Below, one piece after another: positions 19,289-28,079 of a stretch of 32,000 nt of DNA. The notes beneath the pieces are model-generated. The model was not told the DNA's origin. It saw only the letters and a list, made by a program, of their open reading frames with translations, and ran no database searches. The position numbers were made by a program, and so were the translations under genes. Origin of the DNA: Pyrodictium abyssi (GTDB lineage Archaea > Thermoproteota > Thermoprotei_A > Sulfolobales > Pyrodictiaceae); NCBI RefSeq assembly GCF_036323395.1, contig NZ_AP028907.1:1590001-1622000 (forward strand), in the 5' to 3' direction. Position 1 is the first letter of the stretch. Every line of letters begins with the position of its first letter.

Positions 19289-20248
19289 ATGGGATTAGTT
19301 GACCTATATGGGAACACAATGCTTATACCTAATTATAAGTATCGAAGTGGAAGACTACTAAGTTACATACTACTAGAGGTTACTCAGAGCTGTAATCTAC
19401 GTTGTCGCCATTGTTATATTAACGCTGCATTTAATAAAAGGAACAATCTTGAGTTGAATGAAATTAAGAAGGTTCTTAGAGAAGCTGCGGACTTGGGTGT
19501 AGTAGGTATAGGTATAACTGGAGGCGAACCCTTCATTCGTAAAGATATCCACGAAATTTTAAAATATGCAGCTGATCTAGGGCTGTATGTACAGATATTT
19601 ACGAATGGAACATTGTTAACAAAATACGATATACAAATGTTAGCCAAACTTGGTGAGTATCTGGATCGTATGAGAGTGAGTCTCTATGGAACGCGGGATA
19701 TCCACGATTATGTTACTGGGGTCAGAGGTTCATATGACCTAACAGTAAGAAATATAAAACTTATGCTTAGAGAAAATCTGCCAGTAGCTATTAACTTTAC
19801 TATAACCAAACCTATTATGGATAAACTTGATGAAGCGTTTGCTAGCATTAAGAGTACTGGTGTTGAAGACATAGTCTATGGTATTATATTTCCTCAAGGA
19901 CGTGCATCGGAGAATAATGACCTATTGTTTGAATTTAGTGATCTAATCCATTTATATAAAAAACTTTATAAAATGATAGTAAAAGACAATATAATTAACT
20001 ATAGCAATATAATGTTAGATATAAACAATATATCTAGAAATATGGAAAAAATGAAAATATTATCAAAAGAATATAGAGTACCAGTTGAAGGCCTTATATG
20101 GCTCGGAAGTTGTGGTGCAGGTGCCTCATTTCTTTATATTAATACGAATGGTGATGTTTATCCATGCAATAAGATATATAGTATTAAATTAGGAAATATA
20201 AAGCAGATCTTGCGGAGCTTAGCCTCCTCGCGCGCAATGGTCTCGTAG
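19289..20248 (+). CDS. radical SAM protein with partial SPASM domain (peptide-maturase-like), 3'-truncated
   Basis: LEVTQSCNLRCRHCYINA (CxxxCxxC), GIGITGGEPFIRKDI, and SPASM start SCGAGASFLYINTNGDVYPCNKIYSIKLGNIKQ; then the frame leaves AT-rich DNA and ends within 13 codons (ILRSLASSRAMVS), lacking the downstream SPASM cysteines. Confidence 0.82.
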   Translation: MGLVDLYGNTMLIPNYKYRSGRLLSYILLEVTQSCNLRCRHCYINAAFNKRNNLELNEIKKVLREAADLGVVGIGITGGEPFIRKDIHEILKYAADLGLYVQIFTNGTLLTKYDIQMLAKLGEYLDRMRVSLYGTRDIHDYVTGVRGSYDLTVRNIKLMLRENLPVAINFTITKPIMDKLDEAFASIKSTGVEDIVYGIIFPQGRASENNDLLFEFSDLIHLYKKLYKMIVKDNIINYSNIMLDINNISRNMEKMKILSKEYRVPVEGLIWLGSCGAGASFLYINTNGDVYPCNKIYSIKLGNIKQILRSLASSRAMVS

Positions 20249-20376
20249 ATGGCTCTGCGCACCACCTCGCTCCAGTTGATGTGCTTCAGCTTATCCATCT
20301 TCTCCTTGAGCTTCCTGTCTATACGGAAGCTGACAACTACGCTCAACAGTAGGCCCCGGTCCTGGTGATGTAGCAC
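20205..20376 (-). pseudogene. truncated vapB-like (CopG/RHH-type) antitoxin remnant
   Basis: VVVSFRIDRKLKEKMDKLKHINWSEVVRRAIYETIAREEAKLR, then the frame reads into the AT-rich island (KICFIFPNLILYILLHG) and stops at 20158; no VapC follows. Confidence 0.65.
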
Positions 20377-20449
20377 GAGCCCGTAATATCTGTGCTACGC
20401 TAGAGGCCCGGGTCCGAAGCACGATACCCCGATATAGCGCCCTAGCCGG

Positions 20450-20950
20450 GTGTATAGAGCTACACGGGGCAGTAGAGTAGTGGACGCGTACACCCTGGCA
20501 GTAATCCTCATACTAGTGGGCGTAGCCCTGGACCTTGCAGAGATCGTGGTCCCCGGTTTCTTCCTAGCAGTCCCGGGCACGGCCGCCATAATCTACGGTG
20601 TGCTCTTGGCAATGTTCCCCGGGGTGGTCGAAGAGCCCTGGGGCCCCTGGCTGCTAGCGGGTCTCGCGGCGCCGCTGACCCTCGCCACGGTGGCCCTCTA
20701 CAAGCGGCTCTCGCCGCCCCAGAAGCCGGTGACAGCGAGCTACGAGGGCCTAGTAGGGCTCACCGGTGTCGTCGTGGAGACCGTTACCGGGGATGAGCCG
20801 CGGGGCCGGGTGCGCGTCGCAGGAGACGAGTGGCCCGCGGTAAGCGCCTCCGGCGGCGAGATCCCGCCTGGTACGCGTGTGAGGGTCGTCGGCGTCGAGG
20901 GCGTGCACCTCATAGTGGAGCCGCTACATGGCACGGAGGAGAAACAATAA
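20450..20950 (+). CDS. NfeD-family membrane protein
   Basis: TM region ILILVGVALDLAEIVVPGFFLAVPGTAAIIYGVLLAMF followed by OB-like GLTGVVVETVTGDEPRGRVRVAGDEWPAVSASGGEIPPGTRVRVVGVEGVHLIVEP; precedes an SPFH gene. Confidence 0.82.
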   Translation: MYRATRGSRVVDAYTLAVILILVGVALDLAEIVVPGFFLAVPGTAAIIYGVLLAMFPGVVEEPWGPWLLAGLAAPLTLATVALYKRLSPPQKPVTASYEGLVGLTGVVVETVTGDEPRGRVRVAGDEWPAVSASGGEIPPGTRVRVVGVEGVHLIVEPLHGTEEKQ

Positions 20951-22134
20951 GTGTTTGTCGAGCTAGCCTCTACCCGGTACTAGCGTGGGGTGGATTCCCC
21001 CTGGCGCAGCCTCTGCTCGCCCTAGCAGCCCTAGTCCTCGGCACAGCCCTCTCAGTGCTGGTCGCGGCCGGGGTCCGTGTCATACGGCCCTGGGAGGTGG
21101 GCATCTACATCAGGCTCGGCAGGTTCATAGGCATCCTGCGGCCTGGGCTGCACTGGGTCCCGCCCTTCATCAGCAGCGTCCACCGGATAGACCTGCGTAC
21201 ACAGGTCGTGGACATACCGCGCCAGGAGGTCATAACACGGGACAACTCCCCGGTGGTCGTCGACGCTATAGTCTACTTCCGGGTCGTAGACCCCAAGAAG
21301 GCGTTCTTCGAGGTCGAGGACTACCGCATGGCCGTGGTAGCGCTAGCCCAGACAACGCTCCGAAGCGTCATAGGCGACATGGAGCTCGACGAGATACTCT
21401 ACAACCGCGCCGCGATAAACGCCCGGCTCCGCCGGATACTAGACGAGGCCACAGACAAGTGGGGCGTCCGCGTAGAGAGCGTCGAGATACGAGAGGTGGA
21501 GCCCAGCCCCACCGTCAAGAAGGCCATGGAGGAGCAGACAGCCGCCGAGAGGGAGCGGCGCGCAGCGATACTGCGAGCCGACGGAGAGAGGAGGGCAGCC
21601 ATACTCCAGGCTGAGGGCGAGAAGCAGGCAATGATACTACGCGCAGAAGGCGAGAGAGCCAGCAGAGTGCTGCGCGCCGAGGGCGAGCGAATGGCCCTCA
21701 TCCTACGGGCCCTCGGCGAGGCCCAGAGGCTGAGGGTACTCACAGCAGCCTCCGCCGCGATGACGCCGCAGGCGCTCAGCATACTAGCGATGGAGACGCT
21801 CCAGGAGCTAGGCCGCGGCAAGGCCACCAAGATAGTAGTGCCCTACGAGGTCACGAGGCTCCTAGAGACGCTCAGCAGCCACATAGCAGGAGCAGCCGAG
21901 AAGCCACAGCCGGGCAGGACAGACGTCGAGGCCCTCCAGGAGGCGCTCCAGAGGCTAGAACAGCTACTAGGCCCCCTGCCCAGGAGCGAGGAGCTAATGA
22001 GCGAGGTAAAACGCCTACAGGAGGAAGCCGAGCAGCTACGCCGCCAGAGCCCCGAGAAGCTGGAAGAACTCCTCAAGCCGCCCAAAGAGCTAGCAGAACA
22101 ACCAGCCGAGAGCCAGGAGAAACAAGAGAGGTAG
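20830..22134 (+). CDS. SPFH/Band 7 (stomatin/prohibitin-like) protein; true start probably near 20.98-21.0 kb
   Basis: GVRVIRPWEVGIYIRLGRFIGILRPGLHWVPPFISSVHRIDLRTQVVDIPRQEVITRDNSPVVVDAIVYFRVVDPKKA. The upstream part of the track ORF overlaps nfeD and is probably not translated. Confidence 0.88.
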   Translation: MARGKRLRRRDPAWYACEGRRRRGRAPHSGAATWHGGETISVCRASLYPVLAWGGFPLAQPLLALAALVLGTALSVLVAAGVRVIRPWEVGIYIRLGRFIGILRPGLHWVPPFISSVHRIDLRTQVVDIPRQEVITRDNSPVVVDAIVYFRVVDPKKAFFEVEDYRMAVVALAQTTLRSVIGDMELDEILYNRAAINARLRRILDEATDKWGVRVESVEIREVEPSPTVKKAMEEQTAAERERRAAILRADGERRAAILQAEGEKQAMILRAEGERASRVLRAEGERMALILRALGEAQRLRVLTAASAAMTPQALSILAMETLQELGRGKATKIVVPYEVTRLLETLSSHIAGAAEKPQPGRTDVEALQEALQRLEQLLGPLPRSEELMSEVKRLQEEAEQLRRQSPEKLEELLKPPKELAEQPAESQEKQER

Positions 22135-22226
22135 CCCCTCCGCACGGCCCATGGCCCCAGCCGCTCTTTTCCCGCCTCCCCCAGCTCCAGAGGCTCTCCC
22201 GGCGCCACGCTGGTGCCACAGCAGCC

Positions 22227-22637
22227 ATGAAGAGGACACTACTCCTCCGAGCCGCGGCAGCCATAGCCATGGTCCTCGTGGCCCTCGACGCACTCTCAGT
22301 CTACTTCCTGCTGCTAAACCCCGAAGGCTACTGGGACCACGAGAAGCTCGACGGCGCTAAGGCCATCCGCAGGCTGCTCCCCGTCTTCGCCTCGCCCCTC
22401 GCAGCAGAAGCGGCAGCGCTCCACCTACTCCGCCGAGGCAGAGCAGCCCCCGTCACACCACTACTAGCCCTAGCATCAGTCCTACACTATTATTCGGGAC
22501 TCCACATCTGCGCCGACTGCCAGATGTCGCCAGGCGAGGCAGCAGAAGCAACCCTAGCAGCCTTGGCTGTGATCTTGGCTCTGGCTTATGCAGTTTCTAG
22601 GAGACCATATCCTCTCCCTGCCCGTTGTATGTATTGA
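22227..22637 (+). CDS. hypothetical multi-TM membrane protein
   Basis: Hydrophobic helices plus LHICADCQMSPGEA. Confidence 0.5.
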   Translation: MKRTLLLRAAAAIAMVLVALDALSVYFLLLNPEGYWDHEKLDGAKAIRRLLPVFASPLAAEAAALHLLRRGRAAPVTPLLALASVLHYYSGLHICADCQMSPGEAAEATLAALAVILALAYAVSRRPYPLPARCMY

Positions 22638-22713
22638 CGGTCGAAGCGGGCGTGAAGGCGTTCAACCTCATATAGTAGCCTCTTGCATGTCATGTTGCGG
22701 GTGCTAGGCTACT

Positions 22714-23982
22714 ATGCTCCGGGCCTTTAGGCTTGCTAGGGCGCTGCTACGGGGAGGGATACGCGTAAGCGAGTGCGGGTGTGTCGTCAAGGAGGTGGAC
22801 GCTGTTGTCGAGGCGCGTGGCGTTGTGCTCAGTGTGAGCGTAGAGGTGTCAGTCGATGCTCACGGGGAGTGTTGTCTGTGGCTGAACCCTGGGCTCCGCG
22901 TGGGGAGCGTATCCGGGCTAGAGGACTATACAGTCAAATACAGCAGGGACCCCGAGGTAGGGCTGGCCCGGCTCCTAAGGCTCCGCTCTAGGAGCTGCAG
23001 CGCCTCCATCGGGGCCTCCTACGAGGGGAGCGTTGCTCCTCTCATGCGGGGCTTCTGGAGCAGCGGGGAGGACCGGCACGTACTCCGGCCGCAGACGCTA
23101 TGGTACCCCTACACGGTCTCCTGCAGCTGCCTCCTATGGCCGCTTGTGCGGGGGCGCCACGCGCGGGCCAGGCTCGAGGCGAGGCACGACGGCACGCATG
23201 CAGCCTTGTCCTCCCTCAGGCTGAGGGAGGATGGTGGCAGCTATAGCGTGTGGGAGGGCACTGGTTGTAGCCCCGTGGACCTGGTCGTGCTGAGGCGCAG
23301 GGCGGAGAAGAGGCTAGCCCTCGAGGGCAAGGAAGTGGTAGTGGTGAGCGAGACAGCGGGCGGCGTCGAGGAGGCGGTGAGGGGGCTCCGGGAGGCCATA
23401 GCGTTCTACCGTGGTCTGGGATTTCCCGACCCCCAGGAGGAGCTGTACGTGGCGGTCATGGGAGGTAGCGGTGGCTTCCGCAACGACTACCTACTATCGC
23501 TCGACACCGTTCACCTGGAGAACAGCGCCACGGCGCTGGCTAACGCGCTCCACGAGTACGCCCACACCTGGCTAGGCTCCCTGCTTAAGCCGCGCAGCCC
23601 CGAGGACCTCTGGATGTTCGAGGCCCTACCAGACTATCTGGCCGCGGCTGGCCTAGACGCTAGCGGCCTCAACGAGCAGGCCAGGAGAGTCCTCCGAGAA
23701 GCCGTAGCGGAGGCCCGCAGGGCGCTGAGGAGCCCGCTCTACACCCCGCCGCACAGGATACACATGCCCCTCACGAGGAGAGGGATCGCCACCCACCGGT
23801 CGGTAGGCGTAGCAGTCCTAGACGAGATAGCCAGCAGGATAGGGCGCAGAGAGCTCCTCCAGCAGCTAGCCAGCTACATAGCCAGGAAGCTGGAGACGGA
23901 CAGAACGTTCAGCTGGAGAGAATTCACGGCCAGTCTCGGAGAAGACGTACGCAGCGTCCTAGAGAAGTACCGGCTGCTCTAG
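22714..23982 (+). CDS. divergent M1-like gluzincin metallopeptidase
   Basis: ANALHEYAHTWLGSLLKPRSPEDLWMFEALPDYLA gives HExxH followed by exactly 18 residues then E. Confidence 0.65.
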   Translation: MLRAFRLARALLRGGIRVSECGCVVKEVDAVVEARGVVLSVSVEVSVDAHGECCLWLNPGLRVGSVSGLEDYTVKYSRDPEVGLARLLRLRSRSCSASIGASYEGSVAPLMRGFWSSGEDRHVLRPQTLWYPYTVSCSCLLWPLVRGRHARARLEARHDGTHAALSSLRLREDGGSYSVWEGTGCSPVDLVVLRRRAEKRLALEGKEVVVVSETAGGVEEAVRGLREAIAFYRGLGFPDPQEELYVAVMGGSGGFRNDYLLSLDTVHLENSATALANALHEYAHTWLGSLLKPRSPEDLWMFEALPDYLAAAGLDASGLNEQARRVLREAVAEARRALRSPLYTPPHRIHMPLTRRGIATHRSVGVAVLDEIASRIGRRELLQQLASYIARKLETDRTFSWREFTASLGEDVRSVLEKYRLL

Positions 23983-24006
23983 CCACTGCGTGCCCCGTCC
24001 CACGGG

Positions 24007-24588
24007 CTAGGAGCTGGTTGCTGCCTTCAGCCTCTCTAGCGCCTCCTGGTGCTCTCTACTCCACAGCCTCTTCTCCTCTAGCCGGGGCTTCACCTTTTCC
24101 TCGGCTATCTCGGCTAGCCTCGCTAGCAGGTACACTATGTCCTTTCTAGCCTCCTCCTCGCCGGGGTACTTGCTCAGCTCCCCCGCCGGGTCTGGGCCGT
24201 GGTACTGGTAGTCGTGTAGCAGGAGCGCTACCGCGGTGTAGGCGGAGAAGCCGGTGATGCCAGCGTCCTCCAGTAGCTGGCTAAGCGCTTTGAGCCTACC
24301 AGTCGGGGCCCGGGGTATCCCGACCTCCTCTAGCCATCTCCTCTGCTCCTCGTTCTCCAGCTTCTCGGCTATCCTGTCCCGCTCGAGGGCCGGCAGCGCC
24401 CCGGTTAGCGCCCGCCACGCCTGGAGCGCCTTACCCGCAGCACTCCTCGTAAAGCCCCGGCCGAGGAACCTCAGCGCCAGCAAAGCCTCAAGCAGCGCCT
24501 CCAGAGCACGAGCAGCGGCATAGCCCACCAGGTCCCGCCGGGGCCGGGGTAGCGGCCGCTCTAGAGCCTCTGTAGCTGTAGGCAGCAC
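24007..24588 (-). CDS. PaREP1-like / HEPN-like crenarchaeal family protein
   Basis: ARALEALLEALLALRFLGRGFTRSAAGKALQAWRALTGALPALE resembles PaREP1 helical repeats; mostly helical. Confidence 0.5.
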   Translation of the reverse strand: MLPTATEALERPLPRPRRDLVGYAAARALEALLEALLALRFLGRGFTRSAAGKALQAWRALTGALPALERDRIAEKLENEEQRRWLEEVGIPRAPTGRLKALSQLLEDAGITGFSAYTAVALLLHDYQYHGPDPAGELSKYPGEEEARKDIVYLLARLAEIAEEKVKPRLEEKRLWSREHQEALERLKAATSS

Positions 24589-24729
24589 TGCTGCTCCCTA
24601 ACTGGGTTCCCCTGGGCGGTTCCCTCTTATTCCCCACCTATGGCGCGTGAACACTGCCCTCGGGGCTCCTTCGGCTACAGGGCAGCACGACATAGTCTGG
24701 TTTTCAACACTTAATGCGTAACCCAGATC

Positions 24730-25485
24730 TCATATTCTTCTTATTGTATATTCCTTGTTTTTAAGTACATACGGGCTTTTCAAGAACTGTCGAGGCGACA
24801 GAGCCCTCCTAGGCTTATATGCAAGTATAAGGTGCTTCAAAGGGTTCCCACTAGGCTGCTTAATCACGTCTACATCCTCGAAGAATATCCAAGATAGCGC
24901 TGCGAGCCTCGCTACACTCCAGTAGTAGAGGTTGATAACCGCCGTCCTGGACGGGTTCCTGAGATCAATAACTCTCCTCCTGCATGTGCCCCTCACCGGA
25001 TCATAGCCCTTGAACACGTCGAGCACCATTCTCGCACTGCACTCGTCCTCGACAAACATTATATCTGCACAACCCCTCGTCAAGAACATGCGGAACCTGT
25101 CTGCCTCTTGCATGACCAGTAAACCCCTGGGGCTGAGAACGTGGCTTACCGATGCTAGCAGAGTGTTCATGCTCCAGGGGTCAAAGTGTGGACTAGAGGA
25201 GCCCCACATGAGCGCCAGGTCGTACTCATCATTGACTTTGTGGAGTACCTTGGCGTCAACGATGTGTATTGTGGGTTTCACAGCGAGTTCGCCGCTTATC
25301 CACTCTCTAGCCTTGAGCAATACGTCTTGCCTGACATCGACGAGTGTCAGCTCTACCCGGTAGCCCTTCTCTATCAATACTTTCGAGAACGCATAGCCTG
25401 CTATACCTACACCGCTACACACGTCTACTACCCGCACTGGGTCCCTACCTTTAAGCGTCTCAGCGGCGAAGGGGTGATGTAGCAC
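24730..25485 (-). CDS. class I SAM-dependent methyltransferase-like protein (N-terminus probably incomplete)
   Basis: PVRVVDVCSGVGIAGYAFSKVLIEKGYRVELTLVDVRQD (motif I / post I), DLALMWGSSSPHF, VSHVLSPRGLLVMQE. Confidence 0.75.
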   Translation of the reverse strand: MLHHPFAAETLKGRDPVRVVDVCSGVGIAGYAFSKVLIEKGYRVELTLVDVRQDVLLKAREWISGELAVKPTIHIVDAKVLHKVNDEYDLALMWGSSSPHFDPWSMNTLLASVSHVLSPRGLLVMQEADRFRMFLTRGCADIMFVEDECSARMVLDVFKGYDPVRGTCRRRVIDLRNPSRTAVINLYYWSVARLAALSWIFFEDVDVIKQPSGNPLKHLILAYKPRRALSPRQFLKSPYVLKNKEYTIRRI

Positions 25486-25862
25486 CTCTTTGGCTGCTTC
25501 TATGGCTTCCCGGAGGCGTTCATTAAAGCAGGGTGTGCCGGGAGTCTCGGACCATGGAAATACCTGGTAGAGCTCTTCAAGCCCGGATAATGGGTATCAC
25601 CATGTCTAGGTCGAATACCGTTAAACTATTAAACTATATATTTTATGACGCGTTAGTACTTTATGGGGGTCTTGAAGCGGGAGGCGGAAGGAGTAGAGCC
25701 TGCAAGGGAGGTATAGCGCTCCCACAATGTACTTAAGGTAGCTATACTAGTAGGATGGCTTGGGTCCAATGAAGCCAAGAGACACGTAGCTAGCTCTAAG
25801 ACCCGTAGTCGTTAGAGTCTTGTACACATGGTTGCGGGTTAATGGTAGTGCGCATCTCGGGT

Positions 25863-26582
25863 TCACGAAGCTAGCCTTCTAGATACTACGGCGGATAGTA
25901 TGGCTGCGTAAGCTAGGGCTGCTGCTAGCAGCCAGTGGAGGGGCTCGTCGTAGACAAGCACGCGCCGTATCATCTCGGCGGCGTAGGTTGTAGGGGCGAT
26001 GAACGCTACGGGCTTTAGGGCGTCTGGCAGCGCGTCTAGAGGGTAGTAGACCGGCGGGAGCAGTATAAGTGCTGACGAAAGGAACAGGGTTATAGAGTCT
26101 ATATGCACGGGGCTCTCGACGTACAGCGCTATCGTGAATGCGAGTAGGCTAGTCAGCAGCCACGCAAAGAGTATAGCAAGGGCCAGTACTGCTAACCTGT
26201 AGGCGTTAAAGCCTGCTACAGTAGAGAGAGCTAGGGAGAACACGGTGATAGCGGGTAGTGAGCCTAGTAGCCTCGACAACGCTAGCCCTAGCATGTACTC
26301 GTGTAAGCCGACCGGCGATGCTACAATAATGTCGTGGAACCCTATGAGCCGGAACAGTACAAGCAGCCTCGCAATACCTATACACGAGCCTGCTGCGACA
26401 GACACAAGAGCGCCTACAAGGACATGTAAGAGCGCACTCTTACCTGCTAGCATGTACGTAGTCAGCACCACGCCGACGGGAGTCACCAACTGTGCTGCCA
26501 TCCATAAGGGGGAGCGGAGTAGAGGCGCAGTGGTAAGGTAGGCTACCGCTATGACGGGCTTTAGCCTAGCCATGCACGCCAC
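25863..26582 (-). CDS. ABC-2 type transporter permease
   Basis: Six-TM-type hydrophobic protein with ALILLPPVYYPLDALPDALKPVAFIAPTTYAAEMIR; coupled to the ATPase upstream. Confidence 0.82.
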   Translation of the reverse strand: MACMARLKPVIAVAYLTTAPLLRSPLWMAAQLVTPVGVVLTTYMLAGKSALLHVLVGALVSVAAGSCIGIARLLVLFRLIGFHDIIVASPVGLHEYMLGLALSRLLGSLPAITVFSLALSTVAGFNAYRLAVLALAILFAWLLTSLLAFTIALYVESPVHIDSITLFLSSALILLPPVYYPLDALPDALKPVAFIAPTTYAAEMIRRVLVYDEPLHWLLAAALAYAAILSAVVSRRLAS

Positions 26583-27465
26583 CGGTCAGCACTGCAAAGA
26601 CGTCTTCAAGGTCAATCGGGGACACACGGAACGATGCTTCCCGACTTGCCAGTAGCTCAACAATCTCCTCTAGCATGCCTCTGCTTGGGATGTACACTAG
26701 CAGTCTATCCCCAAGCCTGGCAACCCTAACGCGAGTACCATAGGCTGCTAGTATATGCTCGAGCACCTCCCTGTGGCCCTCTACCACGAGTTTATAGCGG
26801 AAAGGGATCTCCTGCTTCAACTCCTCTACAGAGCCTATAGCCCTGATAACACCCCGCTCTAGCAGGGCTACTCTCGTAGAGATGTTCTCCGCCTCGACCC
26901 CCAGGTTAGTGGTCACGAACAAGAAGCTGCTCGTCTTCATACGCAGTAATAGCTCCCATGTACTCCTCCGGGCGTACGGGTCAAGGCCGAGCGTCGGCTC
27001 GTCAAGAAAGATGAGAGCTGCATGGGTAGCCATAGCTGCCGCGAGGAGGACTCTCCTCCTGAGCCCGCCTGACAGTAGCATACATGGCTTACTCCTATAC
27101 TCCCACAAGTCAAGGTCCTTGAGGACTTCTTCTGTCCTCATCTTGGCCTCCGAGAAGCTCCAGCCCCGTGCTACGAGAAGCCAGTAGACAAACTCCCAGG
27201 GAGTAACGTCACCCAGGGGCCTACCCTCCTGAGGCATAATAGCTATCTCTCTTCTAATTCTCTTCGCGTCCGATAGAGGGTAGCCGAGCACTTCTACATA
27301 GCCCTTACTCGGCTTAAGCTGGGTAGATAGTATCCTTACCAGTGTCGTCTTGCCAGCCCCGTTCGGGCCCATGAGGCAGAAGATGTTATCATTACTTCTC
27401 ACCTCAAGGTTTATGCCTCTTAAAGCGTATGTACCGCCAGGATACGTAAAATGCAAGTCTTCCAC
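26566..27465 (-). CDS. ABC transporter ATP-binding protein
   Basis: Walker A GPNGAGKTTLVRIL, signature LSGGLRRRVLLA, Walker B ALIFLDEPTLGLDPYAR. Confidence 0.93.
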   Translation of the reverse strand: MEDLHFTYPGGTYALRGINLEVRSNDNIFCLMGPNGAGKTTLVRILSTQLKPSKGYVEVLGYPLSDAKRIRREIAIMPQEGRPLGDVTPWEFVYWLLVARGWSFSEAKMRTEEVLKDLDLWEYRSKPCMLLSGGLRRRVLLAAAMATHAALIFLDEPTLGLDPYARRSTWELLLRMKTSSFLFVTTNLGVEAENISTRVALLERGVIRAIGSVEELKQEIPFRYKLVVEGHREVLEHILAAYGTRVRVARLGDRLLVYIPSRGMLEEIVELLASREASFRVSPIDLEDVFAVLTGGVHG

Positions 27466-27591
27466 ATAGACTACAGAGCTACGAGCAATAGCACTCCACC
27501 ACTACTAAAGATTATGTAATGGGGGTATAGCGGTGATAAAAGTTACCGCCTCCTCCTGGGCCTAGGGCATCCTTCAGGGGATATGGCCTCT

Positions 27592-27976
27592 CTAGTGCTG
27601 TGGAGGTGTACTAGTTGCTGAAGGTGAAAAGCCCACGGATACAGTGCATGGCGCTGTTTTTGCCGTGGGCAGATGCTGCATACTTTTTACTCCCTTCTTC
27701 TCCGCGTAGTCCTCGTCATCGTCTCCGATGAGTGCTCCTGCGAGCACAGCTACCGTCCTCTTACTGGGATAGCGCCTCTTCATGGCTTCTAGCTTCCCGG
27801 GGAGCACGTTCACGTCACGGCACCTAGGCTTCACCTTGACCTCGACGACTTAGACCGGCCTGTCGGTGGCCAGTAGTAGGTCTATGTCCTCGCCGTCCAG
27901 CCTGGCACTGCGGTGGCGCTGTGGCAGCCTCTCCCCGCGGCCCACTATCTCCTCGCGCAGATCCCCCAGACGGTCT
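27592..27976 (-). pseudogene. PD-(D/E)XK-nuclease-like remnant
   Basis: Reads DRLGDLREEIVGRGERLPQRHRSARLDGEDIDLLLATDRPV*VVEVKVKPRCRDVNVLPGKLEAMKRRYPSKRTVAVLAGALIG with in-frame TAA (complement 27850-27852) before the E-x-K motif. Confidence 0.55.
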
Positions 27977-28079
27977 TAGCGTAGAAGGATTCGCTGAGAG
28001 CGCAGTGTTGCCGGGTGCTGTTCGTTTTACCCGGGGTTTCAGGGTAGTCTTGGTATATGGTGGTGCCTGGTGGAGATGA

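Larger units (their letters stand above)
18640..20212. other. A+T-rich island (probable horizontally acquired segment)
   Basis: Abrupt change from GC-rich flanks to AT-rich sequence with long A/T tracts; codon usage inside (AAA, TTA, ATA) unlike neighbours; right edge falls between two truncated reading frames. Confidence 0.75.

Noticed and set aside
18920-20248. Transposon/IS interpretation of the AT-rich island
   Set aside because: No transposase, integrase or terminal inverted repeats identified inside the island.
20985-21614. 209-aa plus ORF overlapping the SPFH gene
   Set aside because: Alternate frame of the SPFH protein; composition typical of out-of-frame translation.
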